Assembly (NCBI RefSeq): GCF_009914755.1 | Contig: NC_060947.1 | DNA length: 64,000 nucleotides | Strand: one strand, 5' to 3' | Source of the DNA: the human T2T-CHM13v2.0 reference genome, Homo sapiens | Program-made: the position numbers and the translations under genes | In this document: positions 32,780 to 47,097 of the stretch, piece by piece | Layout: every line of letters starts with the position of its first letter | Numbering within the stretch: position 1 is the stretch's first letter | Notes under the pieces: generated by a model | What the model was told of the DNA's origin: nothing | Database searches by the model: none | Seen by the model: only the letters and a program-made list of their open reading frames with translations

Positions 32780-33585
32780 GGACAGTGGCTATAAACTCTA
32801 TCCTTGTCTTGACTAGATGCTAGGGGATTTAGTCATGGATAGTTACAGCATTCCTGTCCCTGGATACTTCTTCATCCTGGCTCGTGGCCTAATGCCTAAA
32901 GTGTCTGGCCAATTACCAGGTATGTCCCTTTCACCGGAAACTTGCTTATACTGGAAGATGGACTTGCGTCTCTTTTCTAACTTGTGTTTGATTTATTCCT
33001 GTCAAGATAGCCACTCTCTAGGAGAGCCTTGACTGGAAAATAAGATAGATTTGGGTATGCTGGGAAAGTGAAACATAGAGGACGCAACTTAACAAAACGC
33101 ATGAAGTAACAGAAGCATTGTATTACTTACAAAACCTAGAGAGAAGAGGATAGCATGCCTCACAAAGCCAATAGAAATGGGAGAGCTGTTCAGGACATGT
33201 ATGTTCAACCAGTGAGTGAGGAAAATGAAAGAAATAGCAAGGAACATATGGGTCAAAGCCTTTGTTGGTTCAGGCTGTTACCCAGGCAGGGTTCCCATGA
33301 AGAGTTCTAATTGGTGGATTTAGAGAGAGCTGACACAAGTTCCATGCATTCACACTGTGACTGACAAGTGGTCATTGTGGCATACCTACACAGTTCATGT
33401 AGGGTTGGAGCAACAGTGGGGTGAGTCAATGAGGTTGTACCTGTTTCAGAGGGAAATGGTTACCGGGAGGCACTTGTATAAGGCAGATATCTGCATCAAC
33501 CACATTAAAAACCTGGGAAGAAGCAGAGAACTAGAAACCATGCTAAGCGTGACTAAGCCTACTTATGATATGAGAAAGTTAAAGG
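32780..33585. mobile_element. Old ERV LTR-like element (family uncertain)
   Basis: GC-elevated block with LTR-like motifs (tggcctaatgccta, caagatagccactctctaggagagcc); weak recall only. Confidence 0.4.
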
Positions 33586-33732
33586 ACGTGTTTGCTTCCC
33601 TTTTCACCATGATTCTAAGTTTCCAGAGGCCTCCCCAGCCATGCAGAACTGCGAGTCAATCAAACCTCTTTCCCTGGTAAATTACCCAGTATCGGCTATT
33701 TCTTCATAAAAGCATGAGAATGGCCTAATATA
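33586..33732 (+). mobile_element. THE1/MSTA LTR 3' fragment
   Basis: ccatgatt.taagtttcc.gaggcctccccagccatgcagaactg.gagtcaat.aaacctctt...aaattacccag. Confidence 0.88.
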
Positions 33733-35377
33733 CATGCTCAGTAGGCAGTGATTTGCATGCATGGGGGAAAGAATGAGGACACGGTGGTATAGGGCCTCTA
33801 TAGGTGCACGAGAATTTGGGGAAATAGAAAAACCCCATTCTTCTCAAGTGAGTCTGATGTGTTTCTCTGTACCCTAACCTCTCTATACCAATTTTGGAAT
33901 CACTGCTATGCCCATTTGCTTGTTTTTCCAAATATAACCATAAGGTAACAAGCAATCAAATTATTTTAAATTTTCATTATATTAAGCTGAAAATTTTAAA
34001 TAAATCAGAGTAGGTGATATCATAATTTAAATAAATACTCAATCCAAAGAAGAAAGGAATCAATAAGAGGAAAGAAAGAGCAGTATATCTGAGCTTGGGT
34101 GTGGGATTAGGCCTTGTGGCTTTGGATGTGTGGCAAGCAACAGTACTCAAGATTAGGGGTAAGCAGTTTCGATTCAGGTTAGACTGCTAGGCAACTGTAG
34201 CAGTTGCAGCAGTTTGATGCAAAGTGAGGGAAATAAGAATCAGAGGTGAGTCAAGGGAAGGAGTTAACAGAAATAAAGAGAGAAACATGTTCCCAATATA
34301 TAGTTGGACTCCTCCCAAGCATGAGAGTTGTGAGGAGATAGAAAAAGCCCAAATACGAAAGAGAACAAAAGTTTAAACAGCCAATTAGGCCTATTTACCT
34401 CTTCATGAGCAGAGAAGAAAGAGAAAGCTAATTCCTGATAATATTGTACCCCCAAATGCACTGAGCTGTCACAGGAGAATGAATATCCTGCCTGAATGGG
34501 GTTCATTGGTTAACAGAAGAGATTTGGAGTGCCTGCAGGAGTTGGATTATCATGCTGTATTGTTAGTTGAAGATGGGCTGAGAACAGACAGGACTTAATA
34601 CCACAGGGTGGACAAATTTCCCAGAGCTAAGCAATGATAAACTCTCCACTTATACCTAGTTTTCATATACAATTTTCAATAACATCATAGTAGTATTATT
34701 TACAGTATTTTTCCCTTTTATTCAATTAGTTAACTGACTAAAGATTCACATCCTTTGCCATATAACATTTCCGTATTTATGCCAACTCTGTGGAACTTGT
34801 GAGACTTACACATTTTTCCATTAGTATAAGCGCTTTAAGTTTTTCCACTTCCCACCCATTTTTATCTAAAAAGCTCAAAACATAAGAAAATATTCAAATG
34901 ATTTCCCATTGTCAACAAAGATAGTAAGGCTTCCCAAACTGGACACAATATTTGACTGACAACTGATATAAAAAAGTCAGAATCTTATATGTGAAAGGCA
35001 GCTTAAAGAGAACATTTATTACACATGAACATGTGGAATATTTGAATGGTGGATTCATGGAAGTTGAAGACTGCTTATACAAAAATACATATGTTATGTG
35101 CAGAGTATGCCTAGAGCAGCATTGCCCAAATTCCTTTTTTTCAGAGCACTAGTATTTTGTTGTGTTTGTGTCTTTGATTATGATGAAATATCAATAGTAT
35201 CTCCGAGAGAAAAATATTTTCATGGTCAAATAAATGTTACTTGCTACACAAGTTATCTCCCTTTTTGAGAATCACAGTTTACTATAATAAATTATAATAA
35301 TAGGACTTCTTAGACATCTTGCAGTAAAGAAACCTGTTTATCTTTGAGCAGTCACTGCCCCAAATTCCTCTCCATAG

Positions 35378-35684
<307 letters not shown>

Positions 35685-35789
35685 TTTTCCATAGAACACT
35701 TTTTAACAGAAAATGTATTGTGGCTAACATTTATGGGGCCATACTCAACAAACGTGCTCCCCTCCTCTTTATTCTATGCTAATAAAGGC

Positions 35790-36250
35790 TACCTTCCATT
35801 AACAAGGTAGAAAATGCTAATTACTACCTTTCCAGCTTTTTTTTTTTTTCCCTAAGGCATCGGCCAATGGGCGTGGCCTGATTTTGACAAACAGGATTTG
35901 AAGATAAGTATGCGGTTGGCTTCAGGAAAAGAAATTTTCTTTCTAACAAATACTGACACATAATAGAAAATACACCCCCCTTCCACTGATTATGCTTTTT
36001 GTCTACTGTGACATTTGGACTTTCTGCAGTTATTTTGTGCTTATGAAGAAAAACATAATTAATGTGTGAGAGACGGCAAACCAGAATTGGAAATAACTTG
36101 AGTCCTTCATGTCATTGACTTCTTAATTAGCCATTTTAGGAGTTGCTTACCTCACGACTTCTTGTTATATATGATAAATTGTTTTTTGTTTAATTCATAA
36201 TTATTTGTGTTAGTTGATGCTTACAACCTAAATCATTCTAACTGATGCAC
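35790..36250 (+). mobile_element. Old MLT1 (J/K/L-like) LTR
   Basis: ggcttcaggaaa...ctgcag.tattttgt...gagtccttcatg.cattga...gacttcttgtta...cattctaactgat. Confidence 0.6.
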
Positions 36251-36768
36251 ATACTAAAATCCAAAACATATTTTGGAAAATACTGGATACAGGGAGCCAT
36301 AAGGCAGCCAAGGCTCCATAATATTATCTGCATTACAGCTATGCATTGTTTACTAAGGGAAATATTTATTAAGATATAACACGTTATGTTTTACACTATA
36401 CCCAAGAAAAAAAAATCTCTAAGTGGTTTGGAAATCAAAATGTAAAAATATAGAACCAAACAAGAACCTGGAAAATATGGGTGAATTATTCTACAAACTA
36501 GATGTAGTTTAAAATTTCTCCCATTAACTGGGTATAGACAAAAACTTTCAGACTATGACTCCAAATGGTTGATTTGTGGGAGGAGGTCAGGGAAATGAGG
36601 AGTGATTTACAGAAAACAATTATAGTGGAATGTTGCAGGGTGTTATATTTGCTGGTGGAAATGTTGTTATAAGAAAATTGATTTTGAGACCTGTATTTGT
36701 TAGATGAAGAAATAAAAAGAATAATGGAAAAATGGAATAGTGAAAAGAAGGAAAAAGAAGAGAGATTA

Positions 36769-37141
<373 letters not shown>

Positions 37142-37611
37142 TCAATTTAATATATTAAGAAACTACTATCAGAAAACACTAAGTTACCTGTATAGATAAT
37201 TAAAGATGTAAAAGTAACTGTCCCTGCCTTATAAAGTGCTTTTGTTCTACTGAAAGTGACCAATATGAAACATATTTTGAAAAGTAGACTTTAAGTATTA
37301 TAATTGTGGTGCAAATAATTCAGTGAGAATGGGAAAGGGAGAAAGTAGGCTATCTGAGAGGATTTGTAGAAGGTTTAGGGGTTTAGACGGGCCTTATATG
37401 CCTCAACAACAGCTATGGGTTCAGGGAAAAAAAAATAGGATATCCTTAAAGAAGGATTTTTCTTTTTAAATCAGAGGTACTTAAACAGAAAGGAGGCAAC
37501 TTTTTAAAAGAATGGCAAGATGACCAATATGGCAGAAATAGCGTGTCAATGAAAGGGGATGCAGGGTTGGAGTTTGGGAAAGTAAAACTGGAAATACACA
37601 TACAGGCCTAT

Positions 37612-38040
37612 CCATGGACATTATGTTACATGAAGTAAGCAGGAACATAAACACTGCATGTTCTCACTCATACATGGAAGCTAAAAAGTGTTCATCTCAT
37701 AGAAGTTAAAAGTAGAAACGAGGATAGTAGAAAAGGGTAGGGGATGGGAGGAATAGGGAGAAATTTGTTAAAGGATGTAAAATTACAGCTAGTAGGATGA
37801 ATAAGTTCTAGTGTTCTATAGGACTGTAGCATGACTATAGTTAACAATAATATATTATGTAGTTTAAGTAGCTAGAAGGAATATATTGAATGCTCCCAAC
37901 ACAAATAAATGATAAATATTTGAGATGAAGGATATGCTAACTACCCTGATCTGCTCACTATACATTACATGTATCAAAACATCACTATGCACCCCATGAA
38001 TATATACAGATACTATTTGTTAACTGAAATATAAAATAAA
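37612..38040 (+). mobile_element. L1MA (MA4-8-like) 3' end
   Basis: catgttctcactcata..tggaagctaaaaa; aaaattacagctag; ctcccaacacaaa.aaatgataaat; ccctgatctg. Confidence 0.8.
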
Positions 38041-38166
38041 ACAAATGATAACTATAATACTATTAGAAGAAACCTTGGAATAATTTATCTAAAACCTCGG
38101 AATGGAGAAAACCTTCCAAGTTATGACTTGAAATCCAAGAGTTATGAAAGATTGATAATTAAACTA

Positions 38167-38366
38167 CAGACAATCACCGACTTAAGATGTTTCACTTAAT
38201 TTTTGAGTTTATTTTGGTGCAAAACTGATGCGTGTTCAGTAGAAACTGTGCTTCTATTGCAATGCTGGGTAGTGCTAGTGAGCAGCAGCTCTCAGCCACG
38301 CATTTTTTACTTACTCTACTTTAAATTTACAATGGGTTTATTATGACATAATTCCATTTTAAGTTT
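38167..38366. mobile_element. Tigger4 (MER46/Zombi) DNA transposon relic
   Basis: ccgacttaagatg...ttcagtagaaactgtgcttc...gcagctctcagccacg...tttacaatgggtttatt. Confidence 0.7.
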
Positions 38367-38499
38367 TTTAAAAATGTAGTCATGTGAGATTAATAGAAGC
38401 CCAAACCCTAGCATCATGGAATATACTCATGTAACAAATCTGCACATATACCCCTTGAATTTAAAATTTAAAATTTAAAAATAAATAAATATGTAGTAA

Positions 38500-39750
<1,251 letters not shown>

Positions 39751-40529
39751 AAAACTTCTGATATACTCTATATAAAATTACTACAATGTGATTTTGAACT
39801 TATGTACATACAAGGATGATAATGCTGTTAACAAAGAGAAAAAAATTGGAAAGCAAAATTTGGAATATTTAGAGAAAAGCTGACTGAGTTAGGTTTTGAC
39901 TATGTAGGTGGGAGGTACCTAGGCCTATATGTACGTAGAGATGCCCAGCAAACAGGACGGTGGGAAATAGGTGTCTCAGGAGATTTTAATTTGAGGGGGA
40001 AATAAAAGTATAAAAGCAGAAAAGACATAATTGCCAGTGTTTGTTATCTCTGTCAGTATTGCCTAAGAGTAATTGGTGAAGCCATTTGAAATCATGAGGC
40101 TATTTGAATAAAATCTTTTCAGAGGCATTAGTAGGTGAATCCCGTGAGACCTTACTATAAATCAGAGGTTGACTTCAGGGCAGTTCTGCAGCTTCTCACA
40201 TACGTGATTGGCAGGATAGTTTAACTTAGGTTTCCGGGTGAAATTTTAAATATTTGGAGAAAACGAAGTATCCCCTTCACAGACAAACAAAACAAAAATT
40301 GTTAGCTTATTGGCTTTCCTATTTGATCCTTCCTTTCTTGGAGTCAAAGCAAATTGTAAAAGCCAGGGGAAGCATTTTATAGATATACAAGAACACAAAA
40401 CATTTACAACACATCAATCCCCTTCAGAAATAGCTATTTAAGGTTTAAAACACTTGTCAAACACATATACCCAGTAGTGTATTAGTAATTAATCATGGAA
40501 ACCTTACACTAAAAGTATATATGTGAATG

Positions 40530-41133
40530 TGTATATTTGTCTTCTATTGCTGCATCACAAATTACTATAATCTTAGCAGCTTAATACAACACAAATGTAT
40601 TATCTTCCATGGGTCAGATGCCTGAGTACGAGTTCACTAGGCCCTCTACTTAGGGTCTCACTACAGTGCATTTAGCAGGTTGGCTGAAGCTGTGATCTCA
40701 TCTGAGTCTTGGTGTCCTCTTCCAAACTCACTATTTGATTGCAGAATTCACTCCTTTGTGGTTGTAGGACTGAGGCCCTTATCTTCTAGGGTGTTCCTAT
40801 TGTTCCCTTCCATATGAACCTCCCAACAACATGGCAGTTTTATCCTTCAAGACCGAAAAGAGAATTTCTGCTGCTTCTTCTGTCTTTGACTGGCTCACCT
40901 GATAACATAAGGTTCACCCAGTGTAATTTCCCTTCTGATTAATAAAAGTCAACCGATTAGACAGCTGAATAACATCTTCAAAACCCCTTTTCTATGCAGA
41001 GTAACACAATCATAGGAGTGATACTCCATTACAATCATAGTTTCCACCAACATTTAAAGGAAGGTGACTACATAGGATGTGTACCACTGGAGAAAGGAAT
41101 CTTGAGGATCATCTTAAAATTCTGCATACCACA
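40530..41133 (-). mobile_element. MLT1E-like LTR
   Basis: ttctattgctgc..cacaaattac...gcagaattca.tcc.ttgtggttgtaggactgagg...atcttaaaattctgcataccaca. Confidence 0.78.
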
Positions 41134-41308
41134 GTGTGTGTGTGTTCTCTCTGTGTGTGTGTCCAAGTGTGCACAATCATATTCATGCACAGGCAATTGG
41201 TTTTGGAAAATGGTAAAACTATAGAGTATATTTGCATCGTTTTTGCAGACATTCCAGGTTTTTGTCAGATATTGTGACGTGTTTCTTTTGTTTGTTTGCT
41301 TGTTGTTG

Positions 41309-41597
41309 TTTTTTTTTTTTTCTGACAGAGTCTTGCTCTGTCACCCAGGCAGGAGTGCAGTGGTGGGTTCTTGGTTCACTGCAACCTCTGCCTCAAGGTT
41401 TCAAGTGATTTTCGTGCCTCAGCCTCCTAGACAGCTGGGACTACAGAAGTGCACTGCCAAGTCCAGCTAATTTTTGTATTTTTAGTAGAGATGAGGTTTT
41501 GCCATGTTGGCCAGGCTGGTCTCAAGCTCCTGGCCTCAAGTGATCCACCCACCTAGGCCTTTCAAAGTGTTGGGATTACAGGCATGAGCAACAGCAC
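41309..41597 (-). mobile_element. Old Alu (AluJb/Sz-like)
   Basis: Dimeric and CpG-depleted; ctcctggcctcaagtgatcc. Confidence 0.92.
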
Positions 41598-43032
41598 ATT
41601 TTTTTTTTTTGAGGTTTTTAATGGTCAATGTAGTTCTCACTTCACTTGTCATTTTTCCTCACAGAATCCTTTTTGATTGGCACATATACAACTTAATGTA
41701 ACACATAGCAAAACATCTTAGCATACTTAGTGGTACACTAGAGGCCAGAAAGTGTTAAAGGATAAGGCCTACATTATAGTTAGAATTTTTTTATAACTCT
41801 TTCTATTTAATATTTCTCATCTTTTAACTTCGTTGATAAAGATAAGCAGTGGATTCAGGGGAGAATATTCAATGATTTCTGGCCACAGTCTGGTTGAGTA
41901 GTACACTGAGGGTGTATGAGGAAATGAATCTAGTTGTGAAGTAGTTATGAAGCAGTACTAAAATCATCAATCAAATCTTATACATACAATGTTTGTGGGA
42001 TACCAGTGGAGGAACTATAGGAGCTCTGTACATAGTCTTGGTGGCCTTGAATAGTCAAGATAATTAAAAATGAGTTGAAAAGTGTTCTTCATATACTTTA
42101 AATTTGAACTGCAGCCTGTATATTAGTGATACTTTATATGAATATGATTTTAAGTACCACTGATTGAATTATAAATATATAATCATGTGTTTAGTTTTTT
42201 GGTCTACTCTAATTTGGTTTTCATCTTCAGAGGTTATAAATAAATGTCTTCTTGTATGAAAATTCATGCAAAGCCAAATACCAAAAGAAAGTATCATGTA
42301 ATTTCATTTTATTTTATTCATGATGTTTTATGTATAATTAAATGTGATCATGTTATTTTTATATATAGACAAATTTTTGCATGATTTTTAATAATCATAT
42401 TTCTGGGCTATGAGAAAATAAATGAAAATTGAAATGCTAGAGTGTTTCCAAATTATTCATTGTACAGAGACTGGGAACTGATTACAACATAATCTAAGCA
42501 ATTCTTCTGCAAAATTTTATAGCAGATGACCTTTAATTAGTGTAAAGATATTCTATTTTATATTTATTCACTTCTCTTACTGGGCAGTAGATGTCTGCTG
42601 TGAAGCATAAAGGGTTTTTTTTTTGTCCTAATCCCTGTGATATGACATGATTAATGAGATAAAATTCCCATTTGGAGTTTCCTACCAATCAATAGGCAGA
42701 TGGGCAATAGTGGATGTCGAACAAGACAGCAGGAGATGCTTAAGCTCTTGTTGCTTTCATAAAGAAAAAAATATTTGGAGAAATTTATTTAAAGCTACAG
42801 TCAACATTTTCTGTACCATCTTTTACATCATATCTTTCCACTTGAGTTGTAGATGTCTGAAGCATAAATATTATTGTTCCAAATGAAGTTTATAGTATAT
42901 ATGTACTCATAGTGGCTAAAAAAATTAAAATGGCAAACAGAATTTCCAACACTTTGCTCTTTGAGTAAAGATTGCATAGATGTTAATATGTGAATGAATA
43001 GAACTATATGTACGGTGCTTTAGTAGATTCTT

Positions 43033-43213
43033 TTCAATTTTCTTATTTTTAATATTTGTGGGTACATAGGAGGTATATATTTTAATAGGGTACAGGAAAT
43101 GTTTTCATACAGGCATGCATGGTATAATAATCATATCATGGAGAATGGGGTAGGCATCTCCTCAAGCATGTATCCCTTGTGTTACAAACAATGCAATTAT
43201 AATCTTTTAGTTA
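43033..43213 (-). mobile_element. Short L1MA1-3 3' end
   Basis: tgtgggtacatag...tcctcaagcat.tatcc.ttgtgttacaaacaat; possible TSD agattctt at 43025 and 43214. Confidence 0.8.
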
Positions 43214-44358
43214 AGATTCTTACACATCAAAATAAATATTGGTAGACTGTAGCAGTTAATCTTCCATCTACAATACAGTTGCCTATTAGACAAACCACCT
43301 GACCTGTAGATTGTGGCCTGCATGAACATACGCCACAGATATCTCTCTTTTTCATTCTTTTATAAAAGGATGAAAAGAAACCCCAAATTTGAAAAACTCT
43401 TTCAGTATTATATTATTGCATATTGTGCACATCTTGCAGAATGTAGACTTATTTGCAAAGCTCTTTATCCCTTTTTATTTTACACCTGAGGCTATGTATC
43501 ACAAAATCTTTTTTCATCTTGACATTATTTAATAAGTGACACATAAAAAGAAAGGAAAAAGGACCATTCTCTGAATTCTGTCAGTGAAGAGCACCTGTAG
43601 TAAAAGCATGAAGTATGAACTTAGGGCTTGGTCAAATAATAGACAATTTCAAAATGAATTTATAAGGGCCCTAGAGAGAATAGCAAATTTTATTACACAA
43701 GTTTATTTTAAAAAATTACCCACATACATTATGAAGTCTTTCAGAAGTTAAAATTCAACAAATACTAGTGTTACGCAGATAAGAAACAAAGGCGGGTAGG
43801 TGTAATTTACATCATTAAAATTTTCTAAAAATAATTATGATTTATATAGAGTTTCTCCTGGAGACTATAGAATCACTGTAGTTACTCTAAAAGCAGACTG
43901 ACAGGTGGAGAAAGCCAGTGAGTTCATTTGACAAAAAATTTTAAAGTCCAATGTGTCAACTTTACTCTTCTCTGTCATTAATATTCTCCATGTGCCCTGC
44001 AAGAGGACCCCCCTAGTTCTTTCAGTATAAAGACATTCAAGAAACATTTGCTTCTATATCATGTGGAGACTGTTACTGGTCTTATGCATATTCTCACTAC
44101 TCAGAAACATGCATATTGTGTTTTTACCCCTTTATATACATGGCCCATGTCTTCTTTTATAATGAAAAAGAAATTAATTGGCTCTATTATATCTTTAAAT
44201 TAAAAAATACAGAGACAATGGTAAATACATTAGCGTAGAAAAAGTTCTGTTGTCTGATCTGCTCCATTTCCATGCTTAAGCATTATTGATAGCTGCGATA
44301 CATTTTCTTGGTTCTTTCTAGGTTTTTCTGCAGTGTCTCTAGGAAGAATGTTCTTATA

Positions 44359-44439
44359 TCAGGTTGGTGCTAAAGTAATTGCAGTTTTTGCCATTAAAAG
44401 TAATGGTTGAAAACTGCAATTACTTTAGCACCAACCTAA
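44359..44439. mobile_element. MADE1 (Hsmar1-derived MITE)
   Basis: 81-bp palindromic element aggttggtgc..agtaattgc.gtttttgccatta...gcaccaacctaa, flanked by TA on both sides. Confidence 0.95.
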
Positions 44440-45112
44440 TAGCATACTGCTAAACAATAGTCGACTCTTCAGCAACACACTAGAGATCTTTGTATGACAA
44501 AGTTGTCTGTCCCTGATAGCTGTGCTCTCCCTTTAAGATATTCTCAATTCCAAACACATATATACAGTAGTCTTTACAAATTCCTTACAATAATGATAAG
44601 GACAAGTTTTATTTTTCCTTCTTTGCTCCTAGTCTTATTGCACCCTATTAAACTTGAAAGAGAACTGTGATTTTCATGTAATTTTGAATTCTTACTACCT
44701 AACATATTTTAAAGAAGGATATCTCTATTTTTGCTTGATAATTTTTTTCTCAAGTAAGAGATCTTGTATGTAAATCAAACTTTTAGTTTAACATTGATGT
44801 TTAGACTTGAATCCACTTCTTTGGACTGAAGTTAATGCAATCTACTTGCCTTTTGATACATATACTTAAATTGGTTCATAAAATTAAATCATTTTATTAC
44901 ATATCAGATTGGTTTTAATCAACCTTAAAAAGGAAATGTAACACCCCTACAAGGGATGGGTATATATTTTATGAAACTTCTTAAGATAACATTTCAAAGA
45001 GACAATGCTAGAAACCAATAGCGAAATAAGTTTGCTCATCATATTAAACTATAACAATATTTTCTCAAGTTAGAAGTGTACTTACAGCCTATTAAAACAT
45101 CTATTATTTTTA

Positions 45113-45316
45113 TGCAAACTGTATCTTGTGGGCCAAATCCAGTCTGTTGACTGTATTTGTAAATAAAGTTTTGTTGGAACATAACCATATATTTATATTG
45201 TCTATGGTGCTTTTGCACTACAATGGCAGAGTCATATTGTAGCCAAGACTGCATGGCCCAAAATGCTAAAAATATTTACTATCTGACCAATTACAGAAAA
45301 TGTTTACTGACTCCTG
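45113..45316. mobile_element. MER58A hAT-Charlie relic
   Basis: gggccaaatcc...tttgtaaataaagttttgttggaaca...aaaatatttactatctg...tgactcctg. Confidence 0.85.
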
Positions 45317-45349
45317 TACTAATAGTCCTTCTTTATACTGAAAATTTCT

Positions 45350-46212
45350 GACAGCATAAGTGAACCTGGCGGATATTATATTAAGTGAATTAAGCCAGGA
45401 AGAAAATGCAAATACTGCATAATCTCCTTTATAAATGGGATCAAAAAAGTTGAACTCATAGAAGTAGGGAGTATAATGGTAGTTACCAGAGGCTGGGGAA
45501 GGGGAGTGGTTAGGGAAAGAAAAGATGTTGATCAAGAGTACAGAATTTTAGATAGACAGACGGAATAAGCTTTAGTGATCTGTTGCACAGAATGGTGACT
45601 ATAATAATAATGCACTGTGTATTTCAAAATTACTAGAAGAGTAGATTTAAACGTTTTCACCACAAAACATGATAAGTATGTTGTATGGTTTGGCTCTGTG
45701 TCCCCACCCAAATCTCACCTTGAATTATAATCCCTGTAATCCCCAAGTGTCAAGGGCAGGACTGGGCGGGGGTAATTGGATCATGGGGGTGGTTTCTCCC
45801 ATGCTCTTCTCATGAGAGTGAGTGAGTCTTATGAGATCTGATGGTTTTATAAGCATCTGGCATTTCCCCTGCTTGCACTCACTTCATCCTGCCAACTTGT
45901 GAAGAAGGTGCTTACTTCTCCTTTGCCCTCTGCCATGATTGTATGTTTCTTGAGGCCTCCCCAGCAATGCAGAACTGTGAGTAAATAAAACCTCTGTCCT
46001 TTATAAATTACCCAGACTTGGGTATTTATTTCTAGCAGTGTGAGAATGAACTACCACGGTATGTGAGGTACTGGATTTATTAATTTGCTTGACTTAATCA
46101 TTCCATAATGTAAATCTGTTGTACACATCACATTATAACAACGTAAAGATCACATTGTACCTCATAAAAATATAACATAAAATTATTATTTGTCAATTAA
46201 GAAGAAAAAATA
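45350..46212 (+). mobile_element. L1MA/L1MB 3' end interrupted by a THE1 LTR
   Basis: ttaagtgaa.taagccag; ggtagttaccagaggctgggg; gagtagattt; ttatttgtcaattaa. Confidence 0.8.
45681..46058 (+). mobile_element. THE1D-like solo LTR
   Basis: tatggtttggctctgtgtccccacccaaatctca...ataaattacccag; 5-bp TSD gtatg (45676-45680, 46059-46063). Confidence 0.92.
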
Positions 46213-47097
46213 AACAAATAAGATTCTCTAATTGTCCAGCTTACTCAAAATAACTCATTAAAAAAGATACTTCGTTAAAAATACAAACTTATTTACTCAT
46301 CTTTTCTCGCTCCAATTTACTGTTGGTGTAAAATTCACTTCTCTTTCACTTGCTAAGAAAATATACTTTCTAATGCCTCCATTAGTTTGTATTTGACAGA
46401 TGGTTAATGTGTTCTTGAGAAATATACCAATCCATTTCCTCTCCTTCTTGAATTTCTCTTCAAAAGACCTAGGTACAAAGTACTTACCTGTTTCCATTTT
46501 TGTCCCCACCCCCACCAATTATTTTATTTGAAAGAAGCCAGGGAAAACCATTGTGAAAAGACCAGTTCCTCTGCCATTTTTTGTAAACAAGACCAGTTGA
46601 GCAACTTTTCAAAGGAAGTGCCTAGCATTCTATGGATTTTTCAGATAAATGTGTACACACAGGAAGACACATACTTCAGATGCACACATACACTTCACGG
46701 TCACACTTATTTAAACTACAGGGTATTTGTCAGTAAAAAAGTTGCAGTTGTCTCTCAAGCATAACCAACTTGTCTATTTATACCAAACAAAAGCTTCTGA
46801 GGGTTTCTGGGGCTCTCAGTACCTTCCTACATATTTGCCTAGACTGAGGTTGTTGTTTTTTGGATCAACTTGAACAAAAAGAGGAGATACTGATGGTATG
46901 TAGCTATTCCAAGATTGTTAAAAGCAGCCCATTACATGCAGGAAGGTGCCTACAATGCTAAAAAAGATGACAAAAGGAAAGTAAAAAGAACACACATTTT
47001 TGGAAGTGATCTTTTGGAAATAATTAATTTAATTGGATAAATAAAATTATATGCATACTGCAACCCCCTAAACACTTATGGATTTGCTTTTATAGAT

